A program made the position numbers and the translations under genes. The notes under the pieces are model-generated. The model was not told the DNA's origin and did no database searches. It saw only the letters and a program-made list of their open reading frames with translations. From contig NW_003314336.1 of NCBI RefSeq assembly GCF_000143415.4, forward strand, positions 113,296 through 177,295: a stretch of DNA of 64,000 nt, in the 5' to 3' direction. The first letter of the stretch is position 1. Each line of letters begins with the position of its first letter. Positions 10,668 through 22,432 of this stretch are shown here, one piece after another. The stretch is from Selaginella moellendorffii. Taxonomy: Eukaryota > Plantae > Lycopodiophyta.

Positions 10668-12578
10668 GATGGCATGTATTTATTTAAAAATGTAACTTAT
10701 TATGGCATGGGGTTCCATGCCATTGTATTAATATTAAAAGACAATTTTTTGAGAGGATTTGCATTATACTAGAAGTGTTACAGCATGTTATTGGAAGTCT
10801 ACGAAGTTGTTTTATTAATAAGGGGAAAGTAAAGATTGAATGGGGACTTGGGCTCCACCTAGACTCAGAGCAACTGAGCCAATATTAAAAGGATGGAAAG
10901 AAATTGGACGACGATGACAAGGAGAAGAGAGAGGTGAAGCAATGGCAGGGGGAGGAGAAGTGATTGAGTAAACATTTCCTTGTTTAAAACAAAATGGCAT
11001 GTGCCTCAATGCAGTTGAATTTTGTTATATTTATATACTATATAAAGGTTTGGAAACCTTATTTTACAAGTGGGATAATGACAATTCCCACTTTAACGAA
11101 ATAGAGCTTAATGGCAGGAAGTCCAAATTGACGAATAATGTACTCGTAAACAAACTTTGCTATAGACTGTTGATCTGCCTATCGTAGAGGGGTGGCCTCA
11201 GCCCATTTCATGAAATAGTCTGTGGCCATGATGATGTATTGCTATCCTTTTGAGCTCGGTGGGTTGATCAGGGATGAAGTCAAATCCCCACTAGAAAAAG
11301 GGACCTGGAGAAGTGATGAGCTGGAAAGGAAGACGTGGAACATGGCTCTGAGGGTTGAACCATTGGCACTACTCACACGCCTTTGCATAAGCCAAGCTGT
11401 CCTAGTGAATCCGAGGCCAAAAGTAGCCATGGTGCAAGAGGAGCTGTGCTGTGACCCGTCCCGAGAAATGCCCCACACAAGAGTGGAAAGCACGAAAGAG
11501 CTCAGGGACCTCATGTTCCCCCACACACCGCAACAAAACTTCCTAAGAAGTCCTCCTGTAAAGGTGTCCGTCGAGAAAGCAAAACCCCCATGCTCGGATC
11601 TCCAATGCCTTTTGTTGCACTGGTGAGGAATCTGCTGGCAACTGACCTGAATCTAGGTAAACTACAATGTCCTGTAACACTACTATACCACAAGAAAGTA
11701 GCTTCAGCAACCAGGAACCCGCTCGGATACATCACACGCTTTTGCTGCATGTGAAAAGTTTCTTGGACAACTTGGATGGTCACAATCCAAGATAAAGTAC
11801 GAGGACTGTGAACCGGTCACTGTAAAAGAAAGGTCAGCACAGTAAAACAGACATGGAAATGGATATAAGCTCCAGTGAGAACATGACGAAATCGCTCCAA
11901 GGTGTAAACAACAGCCACTACTTTTTCCACATCCACGTATTTCTTCTCAGTCTCCTTGAAAGAATGTGGGCATAGTATGTTGCATGTGGTGGCTTTCCAG
12001 GCTGTGAACATTGGCAAAGGCATACCAAAAGTCTCTATACCTGTTGTGATGTAAATGTCGAAAGAAAGTTGTCATTCTGGTGGATGGAGTATCGGGGCCG
12101 TGTGGAGTGACTGCTTCAATGATTCAAAGGCTTGTTGCTGGGACTCACCCCAAAGAAATGGAACATTGTGTTGTAGTAGAGCTATCAGAGGCCATGAACG
12201 TGCAACATAGTTGTGGAGGAAACAGCGAAAGAAACCCGTTTGCCCAAGGAAGCTGTGAAGCTGCTTCATGTTGGTTGGTGGGTTCCAATTCAGAATCTCT
12301 TGAGCCTTGGCTACCTAGGGCTTGATCTTATCCTGCAATACATCAAAGCCTAGCAACTAGCCTTCAGTCACCCCAAATTTACACTTTACCGGGTTTAATG
12401 AAAACCTGTGTTGTTGGCAACAAGTGAAGATCTGCTCCAAGTGCACAAGGTGATCCTTAAAGGAGTTAGAGGTCATGCATAGATCATCCATATACACCCT
12501 CAAGATGCCTCCAATCAAGTTATGAAAGGCGTGGGTCATAAAGTGCTGAAAAGTAGCTCCGGTGTTACACAAGCCAAC

Positions 12579-13129
12579 TGTAAGCAACCAAAGGGAACGA
12601 CTCGAGAGACAATCCATGGGGTTCAAATATAGAGGGAAAGGGCCCATGAACAACAGTGCACCCACTTTTCCAATCTGTTAAGGGTCTTGGGATAGTTGGA
12701 GTTAAGCGTCCTTAGGTTTAAATAGTACTGGGTTGGGTGACCTCCCGGGAAGTCAAAACTCAGGAGTTTACATTTGGTATCAGAGGGGTCTCAAGTCTGA
12801 CTCTGTTGGTTGGCTAAGGGAATCACACCACATGTTAATTGACATCTAGCTGGTCCAGTTTGCTCCCACTAAAGAGAGTTGCGGCTCTCATCTTCCGTTC
12901 ACGAGGGCATGAACTTGTAGGGAAGCGTGGTGGATTGTAAGCAACCAAAGGGAATGACTCGAGAGACGATCCATGGGGTTCAAATATAGAGGGAAAGGGC
13001 CCATGAACAAAAGTGCACCCCCTTTTCCAATCGGTTAAGGGTCTTGGGATAGTTGGAGTTAAGCGTCTTTGGGTTTGAATAGTACTGGGCTGGGTGACAT
13101 CCTGGGAAGTCCAAACTCAGGAGTTTACA
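12579..13129 (+). mobile_element. Cassandra TRIM, copy 2 (older, 42-bp shorter internal region), inserted in the Gypsy RT
   Basis: LTRs 12579-12772 and 12936-13129 (about 12 differences by eye), PBS TGGTATCAGAGG, TSD CCAAC (12574-12578/13130-13134). Removal restores RT FNVLQVG|LCNTGATFQ. Confidence 0.95.
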
Positions 13130-16100
13130 CCAACCTGGAGGACATTGAAAGCAAAGACGCCCCAAGGTGTTCGGAAGGCCGTAAAATCTCGATGATCGGG
13201 ATGAGTGAAGATCTTGTTGTACCCTAAAAAGCGATCCATGAAAGAGTAGTAATGGTGCCCAGCCATCTCATCCACAATCGCATCGATAAATGGATTTGGA
13301 AAGTGATCTTTTGTAGTTGCCTTGTTCAAGTCTCAAAAGTCAATGCAAAGGCGGAGTTTTCCATTTGCCTTGTGTGCAAGGATGAGATTGGCCACGCACT
13401 TTGAGCTCTCCAAAGGGTAAATAAAGCTGGCTGCTAGAAGTCGCTCGATCTCCCACTTCATCTCTGAGTGAGCTGCCGAGCTGAAATGCCGCATCTTTTG
13501 ATGGAATGGTTTGGCTAACTCTAAAAGCACAATACTGTGCATGATTGTGTCCATGGGAACTCCTAAAAGCTGGCTGTAGTCCCAAGCAAACACATCCTTG
13601 AAACAGTGAAGGAGATCCAAGAGCTTTGCTGCATTTGTTGAAGCAAGCGATGTGGCGATGCTAAAATTTCAGTGTAATACACTTGGATCTGTACCGGGGG
13701 CTCCACAGTAGAAAATTCTGAACTCAAAGAGCCATAACTTGCATGCAACATGTCCGATTGGCTTGATTCTTTCTGCCAGTTGTGTGTCTAGACGTCATCT
13801 TCCATTTCCAAGAAACGGCATGACAAAATATGCTCAGAGTTGTCAGCTACCATGATTTTTGTAGGAAGATGCTTGCTGTGTGACACCTTAGATAGTTGCT
13901 AAGGAGGATTGAGTTCGGCTGTGTCTTGTGAAAGATGGGCCTGGTCTGGAGTGACTGTGTCATTAAGTTCCATAAGAGAGAGTTGGTCCCATGCAAGAAA
14001 CGAATCAAGGAACCCTTCCTCTATCAAGAAACACTCCAAAAAGCTGGATATAGGAGCTTGTACCCTATAAGCCCTGCCACCAAATAAAAAGGGTGTGACT
14101 AGGGCTCGGCCTTACTCTCAAATAAAGAGAGTGAAGTTGAGAGATGTCTCGAGCTATCTAACTTATCTCCAACCATGTCAATTGCAAATCATGAGAAAGC
14201 ATCCGTCATATAGATGGCCGACTTCACCGCTAACTCAGGAAAAACCTCTATGAGCTTAAGAGGGAAGTGTGGTGTGGAGGCCATCTTAGTCTGAGCCTAC
14301 TGGGCTTGCTAAGAAAGAGCTCTGCCATGGTTGTTGAAAAAGGTAGCGCTATGGGTTCCATCACTAATTTCCATCTTGCCTTGTGCACTGTCAATGGTGG
14401 AATGGGCCATGGCTTGCCATGAGAGGCCAAGGATGATAGAGTCCTTCAAAGAGGATGTTCCAAGACATTGGTAGTCAACCACAAGGACATCTACCTCAGA
14501 AATAACACCCTGCACTGAGACCTTGACACCACAGCAAATACCTGCTGGAGGAATAGTGTGGTTGGCGAAGGTTTTGAGCACAATGGAGGAGCTCTCAGTG
14601 ATTTGTAGCTGTGCTGAAAGGGTAGCTTCAAGAAGGATAATGTTGCTTCTAGAACTGGAGTCAACCAAAACATCTATCTCACAAGAGGAAGTACAAATCT
14701 GCACCGGGATGAAGAATGGACTAGAATCTCCACCATATCTCGTCATGTCAACATTATGCACCTCTTGAGGAGTCCTCTTGAGAGTGCTCTCTGGTGTTCC
14801 TGACCGTACAAACTCCTCTAAACGCTGGCCGAATCCCGGGACAAGGCACAACATGTCTTAGAGCGAAAAGGTGACAGGAGTGTCAACCAGCTGTTGAAGA
14901 ACCAGCTTCGGAATAAGAATAGTTGTTGGTGAGATCTCAAGAGGAGAAGAGAGTAGTGACTTGAAGGGGAGCTTACAAGCCACCCTTTGTGTCACTAGAT
15001 CTGGTGCCAATAGAGATTCACTCTCAATTGACACTAGGGGATCTATGGCAGGATGAGTGCCTGCCTTCTTCTTCACTTGGGCTCGAGTGGCTGCGGTTTG
15101 CTGCTGTTGCCTATAGAGTTCCTTGGCTACAAAAATTGTGTTGATTGATGAGGTAGGTGCCTTGCCTTTGCTTGACAAAGGGGCTGCCTCAATTGCTTGT
15201 CGCTCCAACTGCTCTTGATATGTCTCTAGACTCCGAGACAATGTGGAATTATCAGCACGGGGATGTTGTTGGACACGTTGAGAAGATGGAGGCCAAAGCT
15301 CTAGGTGAAGCTTGAAGTAGCACTGCGTGTTATGTGTGTTCGTCTCGCAGTGAGTGCACCAACAGGACTTAAATTTGCATTCCCGAGCTATAGCCCTCTT
15401 TCCTAGACTCCACCAGCTCCTAGAGTAGTTTGTCATGGTGTGATTGTTGCTGAAAAATGATCTCCTTCAGCTACTGCATCTCGTTGACAAAGTTCTCAAT
15501 AGCTAGGGGTGTATGCTCAATAATGACGAGCTTTGTTGTGGACAAGTGAACAGCTGCACAAGGTGACTCTGACGGGGTGATGGCTTGGTCAAAATCAACT
15601 CTAGCAATCCCTAGGTCGACAAGAAGCTCTCTTTCTAGCTTTGTGGCAAACAAAAATGCCTCACGGCAAGACCTGAATGCCTTCTTAAGTTTTCGCTCCA
15701 GGTTCCCACACAGACCTGCTGCGAATGCCGTGATCCACTGTTGCTCATCTTGGACCACTCTGCAATCCCAACACTGCTTCCAATATGCTTGAAACTGAGT
15801 GATATAGTCAGGAACAGACTTGTGAGCACTCTACCTGAATGAAAAGAGGTCGATAAGTAGCCAATTTGTGGGGTTTTCTTCAATGAAATGTTCTCTGAAA
15901 GAGGCGAGTAGTGTCTGGAAGTTTGTCTGGTCCTCTAGGAGGAGAAAATCTGCCCCAAGTTGCTACTTTGCCTTCGAGAGAATGCAAGAAGTCGCAGCAT
16001 ATATGATTATCATCGACGATCATGTTTGTGGTGCAGTAGTAATCAAAGCGATTGATATGCGATGTTGGAGAGACTGTTCCAACGGCAGAGAAGGTTGGCA

Positions 16101-17366
16101 GATCACTCCCCTTCTACAGATTATGGACCTAAGGTCGAACTAAAGGTGGTTGCACCATAGCTCCTAGATCAAAGTCACTAGAACCTACTAAGGATGAAGA
16201 GGACTTGGCCTGAGAAGGTGTAGTGTCGTACTTAAGCTGCCTTTGGATGTTAGAAATTTTACTTTGTACTGTAGGGCCTTGAAATATGGTAAAAGGGTGC
16301 CAATTTGTTGCACGTCTAGTTTGGATCAGCATCAAATACCCTGAATACCCGTAGAGTAAGCGTTGACCTCTTGGAGTAGCCGGTAATCGGTAACCAGTGA
16401 CTAGTAACCAGTAACTAGGGAAATACCCTAAATACCCATAGAGTAGCCGCCAACCTCTTGCAATAGCCGGTAATTGGTAACCAGTAACTAGTAACTAGAA
16501 ACTAGGGACGTATAACTTGTAATTGGTAACCCCCTCTCTTGCTCCTACTCCTGCACCTACTTCAGCACCAACTCCTGTTCCTGTTCCTACACCAACTCCT
16601 ATTGCTTTTCCTATTCCTCTGCCTACTCCTGCTCCTGAAGATTGCTTCGTTCCCAAGGAACTCCCAACAAAGTTTAGCCCGAAAGAGAAAAATGAGTCCT
16701 CTAGTCTCGATCCTTCCCTATTTTGACTGTTGGTGAGCTCTTTGGAAAGGGCTCAGCCCTATCAACCCTCTGTTGCAAGAATTTGTGAAGAAGCTACTTC
16801 AATATTCCCAGAAATCCAAGAAGAGGTAGCCCAGAAAACCAATATTGTGGAAAAACATGTGCATGTCATTTATGTAGATGGATACAAAGGGGTTGTTGCT
16901 ATCTTCGGAAAGCCTAGGACCAAGAGCACCTCTACAAACAAAAGGCATCCAAAACAAAGCCCGGAGGAGCATAAATTTCTACTACAAAGATGACCCAATT
17001 TAGCCGGAGAGGAAAATCCTTTTGCATGTTGTCAATTTGGCAAAATCTAGGGCCAAGAATCACCACTACTCATAGATCTAGGCCAGATTTACAAGCCCAA
17101 ATGTGCTACTTTGAGAAATTGGGCCAAAAATCTAGGCGAGAAAGTGAAAACCCCAAAATGTTCCTCCAACCAAGCCAATAAACATTGTATCTCTTCAAAT
17201 ACTACATGGCTTCATGAGCGCCATACCTTGCTGGAAAGAGGAGATCCAAACCTATCCAACACACCTAAGATCAAACAAAACCACCACCAGACAAACAAGA
17301 AATTCCTTCCCAAAGTCTGTAGCCAAAAGAAAAAGAGAGAAATGGCGCCTCTAAAAGTGTTGCATG

Positions 17367-17383
17367 TCACGCCGGGTTCACCA
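17367..17383 (-). promoter_or_regulatory. Primer-binding site complementary to tRNA-Trp
   Basis: Minus strand TGGTGAACCCGGCGTGA, 2 nt inside the LTR. Matches the plant tRNA-Trp 3' end (CACGTCGGGTTCACCA) with one mismatch. Confidence 0.75.
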
Positions 17384-17674
17384 TTTGATGGGGGAAGGAG
17401 GGGTGCCTCCCCTAATGCTCGCTCAAAAATAAGAAATGCCTCAATGCTCTCTACAAAATGCCTCCCTTTGCCCTTGTGGGGCAAGGGTTTTATACAAGGA
17501 AGATGGGGAATATTCCAAGGACAGAATATTCCCTCTCTCTCTCTCACTCTCTCGGTGGCCACACCCTAATAGAACAGAGGGAAGCAGAGCTCTAGGAGAG
17601 AGAATTTGCGACATGGAGCTCTGGGGTTTATACTTAGAAGGATTCATGGGCCACAAATGAGTGTCTGCTGAACA

Positions 17675-20600
17675 AGGCATTCTATAGAGGCATTCGCCTA
17701 GTCACAGACTCACCACCCATTCTTGGTCTCAAAGCGGATGATGGAAAGTTCGTAGAGAACCAACAAGGCATGCAGGAACTGGTGCAAGAGTTCTACCAAC
17801 GGTTGTACACAGCACAACTAGGGACTATAGGTAGAGACCGGGCAGCAAAGAAGGTGCTGAAGACACTATTGCACAGAGTCCCACAGGAATTGAACCAACA
17901 GCTCGCGATAGATCTCACGAGGGAGGATCTTCGCAAGGCCTTGGAGAGATTGAGTGATGACAAAATGCCTGGGATAGATGGACTGCCCCCGAGATTCTTT
18001 GAGAACAACTGAGAGGTGATCGGTCCACTGATGATGGAAACTTGGACAAAGGCATAGCATACAGGGCAGCTACCAGCAGAGGTACTAGAGGGCCAGATCA
18101 TTCTGCTCCCAAAGAGAGGGGACTTGCAGAAACTGTGTAATTGGAGACCAATAACGATGCTTCCCACAGCATACAAAATCTTTGCCAAGGTGATGGCGTT
18201 TAAACTGCAACCAGTGATGCCTATCATTATTTGGGAACAACATACGGGCTTTTTTAGGGAGGCAGATTGCCGAGAACATCTGGACTCATCTTCTAGCCCA
18301 CCTCAAGTTAGAACGTGGTGGCGTGGCTACTAGATTTCAAGAAGGCATATGACCAGGTGGACTGGGACTTCCTGGAGGACTGCATGAGAAGGATAGGAAT
18401 CCTAGCATCCATGGTAGCACGTATCGCTCTCCTGTACCAGGGTGCCTTGAGCAGGGTGGCTATCAACGGCAAAACAGGTCCACGGTTTTGTTTAGGGAGG
18501 TCGGTGCAACAAGGCTGCCTGTTGGCTCCATACCTCTTCCTCATTGTCACTGAGGCTTTGGGCACGTTCTTGGCCGAAGGTGAAGAAATCAGGGGCGTGG
18601 AGCTACCCAAAGAAAGGTAGCAACTTCTCGGAACACAAGCAGTGGGAAGGAACTTGCTAGACAGCGTGTTTGCGAATGACACAACACTCTTTCTGCTAGG
18701 AACCAAGGCAAATCTGGATGCTACAAGAACCAGGTTAGAAACCTTCAACACAGCAGCAGGAGGAGCCATCAATTTGAACCAGTTGATAGGGATCAACTGG
18801 GGCAGCCCTGGCATCGAGGATTGGGGACGCAACATTGATTTCCAATGGCTAACACCGGGAGAGGAGACATGATATTTAGGAATACAGGTAGGAGGCGAAT
18901 TCAAAGCATCCATGCAGGACTCAGCATTGCTGCAGAGGACTAAAACTGCGATTCAGAAATGGGCTCCACAGAAATTGGGACTGCCAGCAAGAGTGGTGGT
19001 GGCGAAAAGCATCGTGCTTCCATATACGTGGTACCATCTTTCAGTATGGCCAGTTCTAGAGACAACAATCAAACGCATAAAAACTATGGTGTGCACGTAC
19101 GTGTGGAAGGGAGCACTGGTCAATGACCAGACGATGGCCAAAGTGGCATGGTAGTCCATGGCGAGGCCACGAGTCCTAGGAGGGTTGGGGATCATCGACC
19201 CAAGTGATATGAGCAAGGTGTTGAAATACAAAGTGATACTAATGGGCCTCCAACCAGGGGCCCAAGCTTGGAAGCTTCTTTTCAGGTAGAGCATGTTGGT
19301 GATTAGGCCAAAGCACAGATTCGCAAGAGTATGGGCCAAGGACCCCGGGTGGCTGTTTGCGGAAGGCCAAACACAGGTGGTAGGGGGAGGCCAGCTGATC
19401 CAGAGTCTCCATAGGCATTGGAATTCATTCCCACTAATGCAGGTCATTCCAACCAGAGCAAAGGATTGGCTGAATCAGCCTCTCTTTTGCAATGAGTTGT
19501 TTAAAGTAGGGGATAGAACACTGGGCCATGAGAACCATTACACCATATGGAGGTGGGTACACCAGGGAGGGTTCAGGACAGTTAAGCAGCTAGTCAAAGT
19601 GATAGATGCGGACCAACAGAAAGCATCCCAGCACTTCCAAGTCTTTGGGCTAGGGAGGTGGTCAAATCTGCTGCAAGACCTATTGAGGCTACTGAGAGCC
19701 ATGATAGAGGCAAGAACATTGGATAAATGGCCAGCACGAAGGCTACATACTGGGGACTTTATGGCAATCCAAAGGGAGGAAATGCCAGATGGAGAACAGG
19801 TTCCACTTGGAAGTTGGACTACAACATTCACAACACTTACTCCTGCATGGAATGAAGGGGAGACAGAGGTGTGGTTCGTGATGGACCCCAACCAAAACCT
19901 TGGCAAGCTTTTTCGAGTGGTGCGAGGTGACACACTCCTCGAGGTAGGGGGCATATAGAGGATGCCACAGATCACGGATGACGAAATAAAAGGATGAATC
20001 CGGGTCTTCTGGCAATCAGCAACTCGAACAGAAGTGGTCAAGTCACCATCCTGGCTTGAAGGGGACGGACAACTAGTATGGTGGTGAAAAGAGCTCTTAG
20101 AAGATCTGGATTGGGACCCAACAGCGTGGAGACGAAGAGCACATGGCTTCTTTACATACAAGGTCAAGGACATGTGGAACAGACTAATGGTGAACAGGGA
20201 ATTCAAGAGAGAGGAAATACTAAGGTTGTGGCAAAAGTGGATTGCACATGGAGTGGAGGCAGACCAGGTGATCAACAACAAAATGGCATTCTGGAAGTTA
20301 CCAATTTAGGAGAAATCAAAGGTTACCTTTTGGTTGGTGGCAACGAATGGCCTGCTAGTAGGACAGCGGTTTCAAGCGGAGAATGCTTGTAGGTGCTCGG
20401 AATGCGGGGAATTGGAGATAGTCGCATATCTCCTTTGGGAGTGTGACGTAGCCAAGGAGACGTGAAGGCAGGTAGCTAAGGCAACGAGGGAACTAGGGAG
20501 CAAGCAAGACATTGAAATGTGGGAAGGGGACATTACCCAATGGTTCCCAGAGGCAAGGGGGCCATGCACGGGATCAGTTTGGCAAAAGATTGGATGCTGG

Positions 20601-21110
20601 GGATGTTCAGGATGGGGCATTCAAGTTAAGTGGGACGCTGTAGGAGTCAAAATCAGGACCTTAGTGTGGGAGGCCCTGGGACAGATGAAATGGGAGATAT
20701 GGTGGGCTTCCAGGGTACAGGCACTTTGGGAAGCTTGGAACCATAACCACTTCGAAGGGCAAAACACTTAGATTTCAGCAATCATGGCAAATTGGTGCTG
20801 CTGTTCACTTGAGGGATACACTGCTCTAGGAACACGGGAAAAATAGGGAAGCACTAGTAGCTTGGCGATGACTATGGACCTTGTGCTATGGAGCAAAGCA
20901 TGAGGGAGAGGTCAAGTGGAAATGGAGACCACCGGACACGGTAATAAAGGCTCAACATGGCAATTTGGCACTAGATGCACTGCGGAGGCAATGACCACAA
21001 CAGCCACAGTTGGAGGACAGCAGTCGTTATTAGGCAAAGGACAGCAAGACGGCTTAATTGAGTGAACAGTGCTAAGAGCAACTCGTTTTTGTATTAGTCC
21101 CTAAGGGACT
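17675..21110 (+). mobile_element. L1-like LINE ORF2 (RT + zf-RVT), degenerate, cut at its 5' side by the Gypsy insertion
   Basis: KMPGIDGLP, NWRPITML..AYKIFAK, LDFKKAYDQVDW, SVQQGCLLAPYLF, FANDT (FADD), and a C..C...LLWEC zinc motif near 20390-20450. Many stops. Confidence 0.92.
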
Positions 21111-21129
21111 TGGAGTAATGTACATATTT

Positions 21130-22430
21130 GTTGCATCGAACCCAAGCACTAGAAAGTTAGGCCAACCTCTACATATGCATCTACAAGCAACATCACCTTG
21201 GATGCCTGAGGTGACTCCCCAGGCCAGTGTATCAATTTATATGCAATGTATGCTATGGATTATAGCTAGGAAGATAGTTCCTTCGAGCTTCCAAATCCTC
21301 TCACTTGGTTAATAGGATTGCACAAAATCAAAGTGGCATAACAGAAGTGTGGTTTTGAAGCTTGTTATGAGGCAAGGCTATCAAGATTAGGGAAATAGTT
21401 CCCAAGTGTTTAAAGAGATGGCTTTGAACGAAAGTTAATGTTTGAAAACTCTCACGCTTATGTATAGAACCATGTTACACTTGTCAAATGACTTGCTAAG
21501 CAAGATTGGAAAGTTGGAGGAATAAAACCTTAGTTAAAGGTGTTGACTTCAAAAGACGGTGGCTATAAAGCCAAGGATGGAGGACTCCATATATGATCAT
21601 AGGCTAATCAACAAGTGAGAGGACTTGGAAGCTCAGAGAATATAGGTTTCTAACTTGTGATTTGTAGCGCATGTTAGATATAAATTGGTGCACTAGTATA
21701 GGGAGTTACACCAAGCATCTTGGGTGATGTCATTTGTAGATGTATATGTGGAGGTTGGGTTTGAGTCCCAACCTTCTAGTGCTTTGGTTCAAGTCCTAAC
21801 CTACTAGGGTGTGGTGATGGCTTAGAATATGGGGATACTTATTTTTTTTGTGGTCATGGACTCTCAGTAAGGAGGCTAGCTTGGGCACACTATTAAGCAA
21901 GGGATGGCCTAAAGTCATGATACATGGTTAGAGTGCTTTGCGTGAAAGCTTGGCATATCTAGCTTGAATATTCTAATGAAAGTGGCACCAAGGATATGAT
22001 AAATGAGATGGAGACACTTAATTTTGATTGTTGTGGACCCTTGGCCGGTGCACCACCAAGTGTGGGGCATGCCCCTAGAGTCGTGGTCAACAACTTAAAT
22101 GTTTGGCAGATCTAATAACTAATGCTAAACCCATTAATATATTTATGTGGGATCATTAAGTGATCCCATTGTTGATAATCAAGGACAAGCTCCTTTGTGG
22201 GTTAAGGAATGGTGTTCCTAGTTCAAAAGGAAATGAGCTGTAACAATGTAATAGTATTATAAGTCTAAGAAAGTAGCCCTTAAGGAAGGAACTATGGAAG
22301 GTCGTAAGGTTGAGTTAGGGATAAAACCCACAACAAAAAATGCTAAAGAGACTTACTAAGGGTGAATACACCTTTGGATTTGGCCAGGCAAAGTCTTTGT
22401 TATAGAACCAAAAGGATACCTCAAGGATGG
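21130..22430. repeat. Decayed non-coding (3' UTR-like) retrotransposon fragments in both orientations
   Basis: 21720-21910 resembles 60180-60380 and, in reverse, 51700-51900. 21130-21325 is an inverted diverged copy of 21595-21800. Confidence 0.6.
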
Positions 22431-22432
22431 AA

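Larger units (their letters stand above)
73..11015. repeat. Dispersed 22-bp palindrome ATGGCRTG-N6-CAYGCCAT (about 18 copies)
   Basis: Copies at 73, 219, 3576, 3646, 3744, 4356, 4431, 5536, 5613, 5673, 6950, 7999, 8140, 8331, 9552, 9627, 10702 and 10994 (some decayed). None noticed beyond 11015. Confidence 0.9.
1..11108. mobile_element. Large (>=11 kb) Sola-like/DUF7869-type DNA transposon with a divergent cargo gene; left end lies outside the window
   Basis: Transposase-like pseudogene on - (313-3494) and cargo gene on + (5508-10667) share one dispersed 22-bp palindrome confined to 73-11015. The right boundary is where the flanking Gypsy integrase (...YIIRQFGLPAI) stops abruptly at about 11110. 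Two subterminal hairpins lie at 11044-11059 and 11068-11093. A TIR or TSD cannot be confirmed without the other end. Confidence 0.7.
11109..17674 (-). mobile_element. Ty3/Gypsy LTR retrotransposon, non-chromovirus type (Athila/Tat-like RT), degenerate; 5' LTR about 17386-17674
   Basis: gag with a CTHC...H...C knuckle (14858-16000), protease VLVDSSS (14309-14854), RT DHFPNPFID / YMDDL (12357-13620), RNase H, and integrase ATDYFMKWAEA truncated at about 11110. The LTR reads TGTTCAG...CATCA followed by AA and the PBS. Confidence 0.9.

Noticed and set aside
73-11015. CRISPR-like array from the recurring palindrome
   Set aside because: Spacing is irregular (60 bp to more than 3 kb), there are no uniform spacers or cas genes, and the context is eukaryotic.
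11068-11108. Helitron 3' end (hairpin near terminus)
   Set aside because: No CTRR terminus and no Rep/helicase; the encoded enzyme is DDD/E-like.
16523-16726. Pro/Thr-rich ORF
   Set aside because: Low-complexity antisense reading of the Gypsy 5' region.
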